A stretch of DNA of 64,000 bases from Octopus sinensis (lineage: Eukaryota), in assembly GCF_006345805.1 (NCBI RefSeq), contig NW_021833026.1, positions 806,001 to 870,000 of the forward strand, given 5' to 3'. The translations under genes and the position numbers were made by a program. Shown piece by piece: positions 38,286-50,307 of the stretch. Under the pieces are notes generated by a model that searched no databases, had not been told where the DNA came from, and saw only the letters and a list, made by a program, of their open reading frames with translations. Positions within the stretch are counted from its first letter, which is position 1, and each line of letters begins with the position of its first letter.

Positions 38286-38711
38286 TTTAATAATTGAGAT
38301 AAATTGATTTTAATTAACAACGTTCTCAAAACAGTTCTGAACAACCCGTTTGGATGGCCATTAAAGCCGCTGTTTGCTTCCAATTAATGAATGGCAGTCA
38401 ATTGTAAAGATCTGGGGCTTTTTTGTTGTTTATCTTCTCACTAACACTACCCTTTGAGGCCAGTCGAGCAACGGGAATGATTAGATCATTCATAAAGTAG
38501 ACCAGACTGTTTTTTCAAAGAAACGTGGATTCTTTGTTGTGCTTTAAATCAAACAGTCTTAATAGTACCATAAAATTATCACAAGAGGATATCTTCAATG
38601 AGTAGACAATTTCTTATTAAATTGAAAAATATTAAATTAATCTGTAAAATACAAATTATAAAAACATGCAATTCCTAGTGTAGTTTAGTGTGGCCTTACA
38701 ACTCAAAGTAA

Positions 38712-40588
38712 ATGACAGACACAAAACCCACCAAATCCCACGTGAGATTCCTAACCGAGTCAGACGAAAAAAAGAGAGACAACAAAAAAACAACCAAAAC
38801 GAATATCGACCACGTACCACCAGAAAAACTAGAAAAGTACAGTCGAGGGCAGGAAATGCAACCAGTAAATCCAATCCATAACCCCAGCTTAAATTTAAAT
38901 CCAAACGCTTCACCTCCAAACTGCTCGAGCGTGAAAGACAGGCCAAATTCGCCCAAACTCAGTCAGCCAAGGCGGAGTCCCTGCTGACAGAAGGACACGG
39001 GTAGTCCCCCTCTCTACGACCAGATTCATCGAGCTGGAGGAAGGCGAGGAGTACTTCCGAATATCCCAACAAGACATCCTCAAGTCCTCCGCCATCTCCA
39101 CTGCCCAAAAGGTGTGTCTGACACTCCTACTGACAGAGCTTCGACCTTTCCCTCCCCCAATTCGGGCCCTATCGAGTTGCCTACACTCGGAATGGGCAGA
39201 CCATGGCCCTGGCGGGACAGAAGGGACACGTAGCCATGTTCAGGTGGCTATCCAAACAGCTATCGGCTGAATTCAACGTGATGGAGGGAATTAATTCAAT
39301 TTGGTAAGTTTGGGTTAACCATTCAGTTATCTCCACAACGAGACAATGCTGGCTGTGGCACAGAGGCAGTGGACCTTTATATACGACAATCAGGGACTGG
39401 AGTTGCACTGTCTCAAGGCTCTGGACTGTGTTCGGTGTCTCGAGTTTCTGCCATACCACTTTCTGTTGGCTGCGAGTGTTGGCTGTGGGTGGAGGAGTTT
39501 GTAGAGCTCGAAGGGGTTTCTGTCGTATTTGGACGTGTCTGTGGGGCAGATTGTGTCGACTATTCCCACCAGACAAGGAGTGTTGGATGTGATGACTCAG
39601 AACCCTGATAATGCTGTGATATTGCTGGGGCATCAGAAGGGTTGTGTTGTGTCTTATTTGGTAGGGTCTGTCACTATGTGGTCCCCTTCTCAAAAGGAAC
39701 CGTTGGTGAAGATGTTGTGTCACAAGTCGCTCGTCCACGCCCTTTCAGTTACCAGAGACGGCGGGTAATTTTATATTATTTTATTATTAATTACTAAATG
39801 GGGTTTCCCAGAGTGAAAAGTGTTAAAAGATTAATTACTAAATTAAAAATATTTATAAGGTTTTTTGCATCGTCTGGAGGAGACGGGATGGTGAGGATTT
39901 GGGATTTGCGAATGAACTACAAGCCACTCCACAACATCAGACAAGCGAATGGAGGACGGCAAAACCTCGACTTTTCCCAGCTGGGTCTGTTGGGAGTGTC
40001 GGGAGGGAATGTAGTGCAAGTAAGTGAGGTGACTGACCCAGATATACAAAGGACTGAGTTCTCGACTGTGTGAGGACTCGAAGCCTTATCTCCGCCATCG
40101 ATTCTCCTCGTTTGTGGAGAACATCAAATTCTGTCCATTCGAGGACGTGCTGGGCGTGGGGTTCAAAGGAGGGGTGTCCAGTCTCATCATTCCTGGTTTG
40201 CTTACTAAAGGGAGAGGCAGGGGCTGGGGAACCCAACATTGATGCCCTCGAGTGCAATCCCTACCGCACCAAAAAGCAGCGACAGAACACGGAAGTCCGC
40301 ATGCTGCTCGACAAGATTCAGCCCGACCTGATTGGGATTGACAACTGTCTGTTGGGGACTGTCCACACGGGGGAGGGGACGGTTATGACTGAGAAGGAGG
40401 CATTTGTGCCCAGACGGAAGACGAGGAACCAGTCTGGGGCAGTCGGGGTGCACAAAAGGAAGCAGTTGGTCGCGGAGTCACGGAAGATTGCGGCTGTGAG
40501 GTCTGCAAGGGCAGCCAAGGGTGGGACACTTCCAGAAAGGAAATTTGAACCAGTCGTCTATAGTGATCCATTGGACAGATTTAAATAA
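38712..40588 (+). CDS. WDR46: WD repeat protein 46 / Utp7 (SSU processome)
   Basis: [85 protein letters not shown]...[14 protein letters not shown]. Confidence 0.93.
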
Positions 40589-40658
40589 ATTTTACTTTTT
40601 TTAATTGTGTTTAAATTTATTAAAATAATAATTAAATTGTTAGTACACAACGTGTGTT

Positions 40659-41494
40659 ATGGTGCGACTGTCAATAGATATCTACAACCAGAGTCCCCAG
40701 TTCACCAACGCAGTGCGACAGCGTGAGATTACATTGAGAGGTGAAATTACAAACTAATTTCAGACCTGAACATATCCATAATAGAGAACACAGGAATAAC
40801 GTTAGACCAGTTTGACTATTTTGATTTGTGCAACAACGACATTGCCAAACTGGACGGATTCGCCCTCCTCAGACGCCTCAAGACAATTTTGGCAGCCAAT
40901 AACCGAATAAGGTGTGTCTTCCACTCACTCTAGTCGTTTCGGGGACGACCTAGAACAGACTATTCCCAATCTGCGTTGTCTCATCCTCAACAACAACTCA
41001 GTCCACGATTTCTCCGACATCAACAAGCTCTCAAAGTTGAAAAGACTGTCTTATTTGTGGTATCGAGTGAGTAGTAGTGTCTAGTCTGGTGGGGAATCCC
41101 ATTTTCAGTCGCAAACATTACAGGAGTTACGTAATATATCGACTTCCTCAACTGAGGGTCCTCGACTTCCAGAGAATATCGCGGACGGAAAGACTGGAGG
41201 CAGCCAAACTGTTCAAGTCCAAAAAGGCCGTCCGGGAGGCTGAGACAGAGGACAGTGCCCCGCCCGTGGTGTGTGACAGACCCACTCTCGGATACCTCAC
41301 CACCAACGAACGGGAGGCTCTCAAAGTTGACTGAAATGTGTCATTCTCAGAGGGCTATTATTTTCTCGACTAGTCTTGAAGAGATTGCGAAATTCCAGGA
41401 GATACTCGACACAGGGAGACCCCCCGATGGCATATCTCTGGGAGAACTGTTGCGTCATTCCGCTGGACCAGAGAAAACTGAGGATGTTCAGTGA
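40659..41494 (+). CDS. SNRPA1: U2 snRNP A' (leucine-rich repeat)
   Basis: MVRLSIDIYNQSPQFTNAVRQREITLRG, LDQFDYFDLCNNDIAKLDGFALLRRLKTILAANNRI, NPIFSRKHYRSYVIYRLPQLRVLDFQRI. Confidence 0.93.
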
Positions 41495-41561
41495 AAGTCC
41501 CTGATTTCCCCATTTTGATTAATAAACATTTTTGGGATATCATTTATTAAGATGTTTATAG

Positions 41562-42410
41562 TCAACTCGACTGAGAGCCGTAGCCACTGCTGTTGGAGAA
41601 GGCCGAATGATTAAAAAAGTCTTTGAGTTCTAACTTGAGTTGCCTGCATTCCAGAATGTCGTCAATCTGCCAATATGCACAAGAATACGACCAGTGACGC
41701 ATCATCAGGCTTGCACGGATTGCTCACATTCGTGGAATCGAAGGAAGGCAGATCGGGGAGTTTGGACAGTAATTTTTGGTCGGAGTTTTTGTATTTTTTA
41801 TATTTGGAAAATGCGTTCTTTATCGCCCAAGCACGTTGGTTTGTCTCTTTTTTGTCGACCTTTAAATATCAGGAACAGGAGACTTTAATCAAGAAGAGAT
41901 CAAATGTGTTTATTTTGAGAGCACACCTGTACACATTCGAGTTATCCGGACAGATATTCTCATAAGGGAAATCTCCGGACACAATCGTCACTTGAGTAAT
42001 GCTAATCAACTCATACACTTCAGCGGGGTGGGAGACACAACTCTTATTTCCACCAACAGATTCCCTGCGCTGAGTGTCCAATATTCAAAGATGAGGTCAG
42101 GAAGGCAGGCCGGTTTGGCTTTCTCCGTGACTGAAGATGTCTCCAGTACTTGCCCACTGTTGTCCCCGATAGCTGGAATATAAGCCTGATCTGTTACGGA
42201 GTAGTTTAATCGACGACACTCTTGTTTGACCACACAGACATTTTGTAATCACATGTTTAAAGATGTCTTTTCTATTCGAAGGCACTATGAGACATGTGTT
42301 TATTCCATTTTGGATAATGTGAGACAGAGTTGTGGAGACTGGATAAGACGTCTGAATGAGACTGGATTCTGATTCTTTCAATAAATTAGCAGGCATCTGG
42401 AAACAAGTCA
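41562..42410 (-). CDS. uncharacterised multi-exon protein
   Basis: Exon-like GC content; GT-AG introns of 24 and 25 nt join frames into ...FDLFLIK|VDKKETNQRAWAIKNAF...PDDASL|IDDILECRQLKLELKDFF...SS*. No family recognised; 5' exons uncertain. Confidence 0.5.
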
Positions 42411-44369
42411 TTTGAACGCAAATTTGGTTATATTTGTCGGAGAGCGCCAAAATAAATCGAATTTACACTTTCAAAAACGATTAGCGGATATTGTTTATTT
42501 ACGGTTTGATGTTAATTACTGTCAAAACAAGTGTTTAGATAAGAGATTTTGCTTTGATTTGACATTTACATATATTTTGGCTGGTAATTTAAATTATAAG
42601 TTATTCAAAATTGGATTTGTGAAGCAAATTTTTAATCCCAAGCATTGATTGATAGACAAAGGCATAAATAATTTGAAATTAAATATTAATCATTCCTGTC
42701 AATATAATACAAATTTACTTATCCAGACATGTTACGATTTCTGACTCACTTCGTTTTATAAAAAATCAATAGGTTCTTTCACTGATGTTTATTTTACGGT
42801 TTTCTTTGTTTTCTGGGGTCTGCAAAAAAATCCTGAGGTACGAGAAATTTTTAAATGTCTACCATCCAACTCGTTATATTCATCTACTGTCTAGATTTCT
42901 GGTAAGACTTTATAGGAGAATTCATCGTGGAGAATGGATGTTCATAGCCGAATGTTTTGTTTCCATACAATAAAGAGTGTCTGTCTGTGATAGAGTGAAA
43001 AAATTTCTGAATATAAGCCCTAAGCTGTGCTAGTCAAAAAAGACTTCAAAAAGCTTGATAAAAAGGCACAACTTTCTATTTGTGGTAAAATTTACAAATT
43101 GTAGAACAGGTCAATCCCACTGTAAAGGATACACTAGTTTGGATGTCAAAGATACAAATGTCTGAATAGCTGTGCTGGGTTTTGATAGAGTAAGCAATCA
43201 AAATGAAGAATGGAAAACAATTGCTCAAACTGTTACAGAAAAAATTGTTAATAACATCAGTAAATCTGTTTAAAGCAGTAAATAAATACGCGCTATAGTA
43301 TTTTACTTGACCTTCACTGCACACTTGTAAAATACAGAAAAATTGATTAATTCTCAATCTTCATAATTCCGTACAAGTTATTACAAGATTATCCTGAAGG
43401 ACAAAAATAATTCGTCTCTCTAAAAACAGTTCAAAAAATAGTTGAATTTAATAATGTTTCTAAAATAGTATTTGACATTAAAAAGCTCAAAGCAACTCCA
43501 CTAAGAGATTATAAGTTTAACGACGACGAGTTTAGATCGAACTGAAACCCCTTTCCTAATCAAAATTAACAGTTATTATATTAATGACTGCTAGAACGCT
43601 GTTCAATTTCAAATTTATCTTCAAATGCTTATTTTTTTGCTCTCTTGTGTCTAATTCTTGTTTAAGCATCCGAGTTTCACTTTATTAGAAAGCACCAAGT
43701 TGTGTCAACGGACCATGTGAAAAGATCGGCCAATTCTTGGCGATAATTTGATTTATTGGGATATCTCACGAGTCACCATTTTGACGACGTTCCAGAATCA
43801 AATTTTGGAAAAGTATATAAGGCACGTAGAGAGATATTGAGTTATTAAATTTTAATTTGTTTCATAACCTTTTCAAAATTAAAATTCAACGTCTGTTTTG
43901 GCTTGTTTTATTTAATGGGTTGATTAAACGGTAGGAAGCTCGACAGACCATTTTGAGACCCGTTTTTTCCGGAGTCCGTATATGATGAGATATCCATGAC
44001 GTCGTTACGCGTAAAACTCGAACGGAGTTTAAAGCAGAGGCAGCCGGTTGGATTTGAACCCAAAACCATGTACCCACCCGAACATCGTCAAATGACCCGG
44101 TTTCCAAAGGCAACGAAGGAAGAAACTTCCCTGAGTGAAACCATAGAATCGGACTCGAGAACAACCATAAAAGTGCCCTGCACAGTAAAATGGATAAATG
44201 TGCCCGGATGTTGTTAATGAGGACGACAAATGTATCGGAATCATGTCCGATGATCTTCTCATTGTATACATTGTCATCTTGAAAATATAAAAATTATGTT
44301 CTTTCCTAAAATGCAGCAGGAATAATTCAACCATTGGACTTGGGAATTATCAAAACATTTAAAGTGCAC

Positions 44370-45206
44370 TTTAATAAACACAAATTATTTTATCTCACTA
44401 AAATTTTGCAAACAGACAAAGTTTCGGTTTATGAATCCTATAAACATTTAAATCTTAAGGACACTGTTTTTTATAAAAATGGCTTGGAAAGACGTATGCT
44501 CGAAAACTATTGAAAATTGCTTTAAAAAAACTGAAAAATAGATTTTTATGAACAATCTACAGATAAAATTTTAATTGATGAAGTGATCATTAAAAAAAAG
44601 ATATTTATAATCCTATTCAAATTGAAGAATTCATTTCTATAAATTTTTAGAAGAAAATGCAATTAGCGAAGAAAATAATTTCGATAATGAAGATCAAGAA
44701 CAACCTCAGATCAAAATTTTCCTTCAAATGAACAAACATAGTCATCTCACTAGAATGAAATTGGTGTAAAATAAGAGAATTGAGACGTCACAATCAAAAT
44801 TGTCGAAAACGAAGAATATGTGCGTCTAATTACTTCAATGATTATTTAAAATTTAAAAAACTGAAAAGACATTACTTCAATTTGAAGATTTGGAGAAAAA
44901 ATCAAAATATAAAGAGACACAAATGGGACTGGAATATACTTTGATAAAAAAGCATAATTCTTTGTTAAAATAAAATTAATTTTTTCAATTACGTCAATTT
45001 TGGCTATTTTGAATTATTAAACAGTTTTTTTAAAAAATAAACAGTTTACTCACATTCAAAAATTATTGATTATATTCTGAAATTCGCTATTTCTCAAATT
45101 CGCCGCAAAAATGACGGAACCAAAAATAGCGAATTTGGGAGTATTCGGTAAATTTCATAAGATTTTCCGTGGACAAATGTTATGCAATTAACCGATTTCT
45201 ACTGTA
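44370..45206 (+). mobile_element. pogo-type transposon 3' remnant
   Basis: LNLKDTVF...MAWKDVCSKTIENCF relic; ends ...TTTCTACTG-TA. Confidence 0.55.
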
Positions 45207-45319
45207 CATGTTAATTTTAATAAGGTTTCAGATTTATTAATATTTCTTCTATAGTGTTTATCCTTAAATTTTATATTCAAAATAGCACGCCTTTTTTTAC
45301 ATTCTTGTTTGATATCTAA

Positions 45320-45725
45320 GATGTCTTCTCGCTCAAATAAGAATAGTCATCATTACCAAAACGAATATTTAAAATATGGGTTTATTCAAAGTACTGAAGA
45401 AACAAAACAGTCTTAATGTCTTATTTGTTAATGTTCTTTCTCAAATGAGGCGATGAAGCCATCAGGATTACAGGATTATTTAAAACGCAAGCACCCGGAT
45501 AAAATGTCAAAGCCGATTGAATATTTTCAAACTTTAAAATAAATTTTGAAAATAAGAAAACGATCTAATCGTTATTTACATTTGATTTATTGTTTTATAT
45601 TTTGATTTTTAAGTTATATACAAAAAAACAACAAATTAAGGGACAATGCACAAAAATTTTGTAATTGTACGTGGACAGGTGGCGATAAAATATCTAAGGG
45701 GGCGATGAACAAAAAAAGGTTGAGA
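45320..45725 (+). mobile_element. Buster/ZBED5-like hAT remnant (N-terminus and right end)
   Basis: EYLKYGF...CLIC...SNEAMKPSGL...KRKHP with stops; AAAAAGGTTGAGAATGCC end motif. Confidence 0.6.
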
Positions 45726-45959
45726 ATGCCTAAATTATATAATGAAGACAACGCTCATATGCAAATACTAGTTTTGTTCTGTTTTTTTTTAAATATTATA
45801 GGAATCAGTACATATGAAAGCATACGACCTGATAGATGCTTTAACACGCTTTTTGAAATCACGCGGATACTTTATTTGGCAACGCTACTTTAATTATATC
45901 GATAATTTCTCGATAATCCGGAGCTTACTATAATCTGTTGATAAAGTTTTTGGTGAAAA

Positions 45960-47335
45960 GGAACTCAAGAAAGCGTGGACCTGACTGTTCATAGTCATCT
46001 TGATGCCTCGGGCAATTGCAATTACAATAATGGACCCCCACAGACCCCTTCAACTTTGATTCCCATGAAAGCTATCTGCGAGTCGATTGACTCTTAATTC
46101 AAGTTGATGCAAATAATTGTAAACCAATCGATGCGAGACAACAGACAAGAAAGATATCTTCTCAATATGTAGAATTTGAAAGAATCTCAACAACAATCAC
46201 AGACCAGATTCGAATTCTAAACAAAAAGATGTCTATTGCAAATTCAAGACGACAATATGGAATTGATCATCGGAAGTTTGAGTTGAATTGAAGGTCGTTC
46301 TACAGAATTAAAACCTACATTCTAACTCTGATAATGCTCAGATTGATTGTTTCGACACATCTGATTGTCTCAAATTTTGGATGGACGTTTGGAAGAAAAA
46401 GGATAAAAATGATTTAAGTTTTGGAGTGAATAAAAGAGTTACTGGAGCTGAACACCACGATTCCAACATCAATGACGAGTTTTAATTTAATTGAATCCCT
46501 TTCTAACTGGAGAACTCCGAGATGTGATTGTGTATACAACTTTTTCATCAAAAAATTGGATTCTCTTCACAAATTCCTATTTCAAGAAATCATAAATATT
46601 ATTAACGGAACTATACCATTTACAACTCTATTTTGCAAGTACGAAATTTAATTTGCGGCTAGGAAAATCAATTTTGCAAGTAGGAATATTACTTTAGCAA
46701 ATTAGTCACAAATATATAATTTTAAGTGCAGAAGAAGCTCATATACAGGGGAGTCCTGTAAAACATGGTTTAAGCAACTTATTAATGAAGTGATGCATCA
46801 GGAGTTACAATCCTCATTCGTAATTGATAATGCTCTTATTCACAGTTAACTTGAATTTTCCCAGTCGCAAAATTCATTACTATTTACAAAAATGATTTTC
46901 TAACGCAAAACCAGATTCTTACATGCAAAATTGACATCTTGACTGCAAATTTAATTTCCAGATTGCAAAAATGATATTCTCAGCTGCAAAATTGACTTGT
47001 AAATGGTATAGTCACCCGCAAAATTGATTGACCCAATGAACTCAGACCGATTACATGTATGCCATGTTTGTACAAACTGGTTACAAATGTGTGATGAAAA
47101 ATTTGCCATATATACTTACAACTTGATAACAGAGTACCAGCTTGGAACTAAACGACATTGTCAAGGAGCAAAAGAACTCGCACTTTTGGAGAGATGCATC
47201 AACAGAGCACACAATAATAAATTATTTTGCGCATGGATCGACGTCAAGAAAGCATTTAACTCAGTTAGTCATGACTTTTTTGTCGAAATCCTGGAAAACT
47301 CTGAACTGCCTAATTGGATAATTTTTTTTTGATGA
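45960..47335 (+). mobile_element. degenerate R4-like non-LTR retrotransposon RT
   Basis: YQLGTKRHCQGAKELALL...WIDVKKAFNSVSH...LPNWI. Confidence 0.65.
46610..47012. mobile_element. MITE-like element with 28-bp TIRs
   Basis: ACTATACCATTTACAACTCTATTTTGCA (46610-46637) versus the inverted TGCAAAATTGACTTGTAAATGGTATAGT (46985-47012); internal VIDNALIH relic of IS630/Tc1 type. Confidence 0.65.
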
Positions 47336-47429
47336 TAAATATTTTTATTACGAAAAAAGAATTCGGTCAAGTGTTGAATTGAAAAAATTGCGCAAATGCA
47401 AACGGACTGGGATGTATTGGTTGATTTTG

Positions 47430-48230
47430 AGTGATGGCTCGCCAGTCTGAATGACACAACACCACCACCTTCCTTTATCAACTGCTTGAGTAGGGAGGAC
47501 TACTTGATTTTTGAACGTCATTAATGGGTCGAATGTAACTCCAAGGATTGAAGGGTTCCCTTTAACTGGGATTAGTTCCCAGAAAATTTTGATGCTAAAG
47601 TTTTCCTCGGTATTGAATCGAATGCTTTTTCGATATCCAGAGCGACTAACAGTGTTCTTTGATGTGGTTTTGAATAGTTCAGTCAATCTGAGATGAACAT
47701 CGTAAGATATGTACAAGTTGAACGATCTCTTCTGAATCCATGTTGAAAACTGGGTAATTCTAACAAAAGAGTAATTTTGTTGAGAATTAGTTTTTCCAAT
47801 GTTCTTGAGAATCCACAAAGAATTGATACAGGACAATAACACCGTGGAATGTTCAGAGATTTGTCCTTTTTGGTATCGGGTGTATGAGTGATTTTTTCCA
47901 TAATGACGGAGTAATTGAAAACTTGGGTAAAGGCTTCGATTCCCACCGGCCCCAAGTGTTTTAATTCATTAATTGAAATATCGTCAGCTCCTATTGACCT
48001 TGTATTCTCATGTATTCAATTACATGAAAAGTATCTAAGAGTTTAAAGTATTCATTTTATTGATATTTTGTCTTCTTGTGTTTCGGTTCATGTTCCATTT
48101 CAAATACGGTTTGTGACTGATGCTAGCATAAAATTTCATTAGTGTGTCAGGGGTGACACTTGGTGTATGGTGGCTGGGTATCTTTTTGAGTTTCCGTAAG
48201 GTTTTCCATAACGACGATGTTCGGTCATAA
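47430..48230 (-). mobile_element. I/Jockey-group LINE RT fragments
   Basis: PVSILCGFSRTLEKLI...FQHGFRRDRST and PSILGVTFDPLMTF; 47878-48000 recurs at 50080-50235. Confidence 0.7.
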
Positions 48231-48293
48231 AATAGAATTACGCTGAGAATCGAATATTTGAAAGAAAAATTGCGCAATTGCAAACTGACTGGG

Positions 48294-49660
48294 ATGTATT
48301 GGCTGCTTTTGAGTATTGCCTGTTCAAGTTAATTATAAATACGCAATTTAGTCGGTGCCGATGTGACCATAATCAGTTATTCGAACGACATTAAGATAAA
48401 TGAAAGCTTTTCAGCCACCTGCAAGTCGAGCACTGACAAAATGACTTACTGGCAGTTCAAAGGACAAAACATAAGCAACTACAAGGACATTTACTCGTTC
48501 CCAGTTGAGGACAATGAAATCATTTTCATTCCCAAAATGAGAGAAGACTTGTTTGGAAATTACACGTGCAAGGACGGACAATCACAGAAAACAATAGAAT
48601 TATACAACTATGGTTGTACTTTTTATAATCAATATTATTAATTAATAATTGGTAGACGAGACATTCGGAATATTCGGATGTGTTGACACAGTGGTGACTG
48701 CCCGACTCCGGGACCATTTGATTCCCTGCAGAATAGAAGTCCGTCATAATCTCGAAGGTCGAATTTTTTGGATTAAGGACATCCAATTATTGAGTGAATT
48801 ATATCCTTGCAATACTCACAGACAACACGGCCAAAATAAGCATAAACGACGACGGAATTGTCATCAAAGACTTTACTTGGGAAGATCAAGGGCTATACCA
48901 AGTCTCAGTGTACACTAATCGGAACGTCAATCTCCACCTGAAAGTACGAGTCACTCTCGCTAGTAAGCCCTCGTGAGCTCAAATATGCAGTTGTACCCGA
49001 AGTCTCAATAACTGGGATTGAACTGCTGGTTGGAAGGACGCAGTTGCTGAACTGTATTATCAGATCGCCACGGGAAGTGCAGTTCGATTTTGTTAGCCCT
49101 TTTTGGATTACAGTAAGTCAGTGGCTTGACGGGTAGAGAAATAAAGTTTCAAAATGTGAGAAATATTTTGGATTAGTCGAATGCCGAACGACACTCACAT
49201 TGTTTGCTAAAAAACTGGATGCTTATGAAATCAGGTGTAATGCCTCGAACATGTACGGAAGTGAGTCAGAGTCTCATGTGCTTCACCATGTGTGTATGTT
49301 CTCCATTGTTATTGTAGCAATTCCTTCCATGCCGCGTCTGAAGACAAAAAACGGGAGATTGTTCTGGGGCTCCCCCGGGCAGTACTCGTCGAACTTCAGT
49401 TCACCGAACTACACTTCCTCGACATTGGTCCACGTCGAAGTTTTCTAACATTGTGATTGTGCTAGTCACTCTGCTACTCCATGGACTTAATATTCCCGTC
49501 GGGTGTGAGCAGTGCCCTATTCTGTGATTTGGTAAAGTATACGGACGTGTACCTTGTATCAGTGAAAGTATATAACTGGGAGCTTTCGTCTGGCGTGGTG
49601 CATGGGGCATTTGAACTGATATGCAAAGATCTTGACCCCTGCAACAACACTATTTTTTAG
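48294..49660 (+). CDS. secreted Ig-superfamily protein (signal peptide + 3 Ig + FN3-like), paralog 1, 382 aa
   Basis: MYWLLLS IACS|IGAD signal peptide; Ig1 ATC..YWQF..GNYTC; Ig2 IPC..FWIK..DQGLYQV; Ig3 LNC..IRCNASNMYG; FN3-like PSMPRL..LFWGSP. Eight introns (24,43,28,28,24,21,24,26 nt) give an open 383-codon frame. Confidence 0.8.
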
Positions 49661-50307
49661 GACGTCGAAACTATGTTGTTTGATTAAGAAAGATGCTAAT
49701 TTCTTTTTACGTTAGACTAAAATATGATTACTTTAAACGATATTTAAGTACTTTGCGAGTTTTAGACGAATTTTAATTTCCACGGGGTTTTAAGACATGA
49801 ATGTCCTTCAAGATAAGTAGTGAATCTGAATGGCCTTCACAGCCAGAAGATGACTTTCCAGAACAATTTATGGCCTTTCCATTCTCTGTAAAACATAAAA
49901 CTAAATAAAATGGTTAAATGCCACATATTTCGCTCGGAAAAGTCAATCAATGTTTTAGTTTCGAGAACTATCAAAGAAATGATTTTTTAAAGTACATGTG
50001 GTTGGACTCCGCAAGTCATGTTGCACCAGAACCAACGGTCTTGGAGAGATTGTTAAGATTAAACATGCATTTAATCATATCGGGTGTATGAGTGATTTTT
50101 TCCATAATGACGGAATTTCATTTTTGTTAACTGAGTAATTGAAAACTTGGGTAAGGGCTTCGATTCCCACCGGCCCCAAGTGTTTTAATTCATCAATTGA
50201 AATATCGTCAGCTCCTCTTGACCTTATATTTTTCATGTATTTAGTTATGAATTACGCTGAGAATCGAATATTTGAAAGAAAAATGGCGCAAATGCAAACT
50301 GACTGGG

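Noticed and set aside
38290-38690. Possible small minus-strand gene between the PDE and WDR46
   Set aside because: No consistent spliced frame with start and stop could be assembled.
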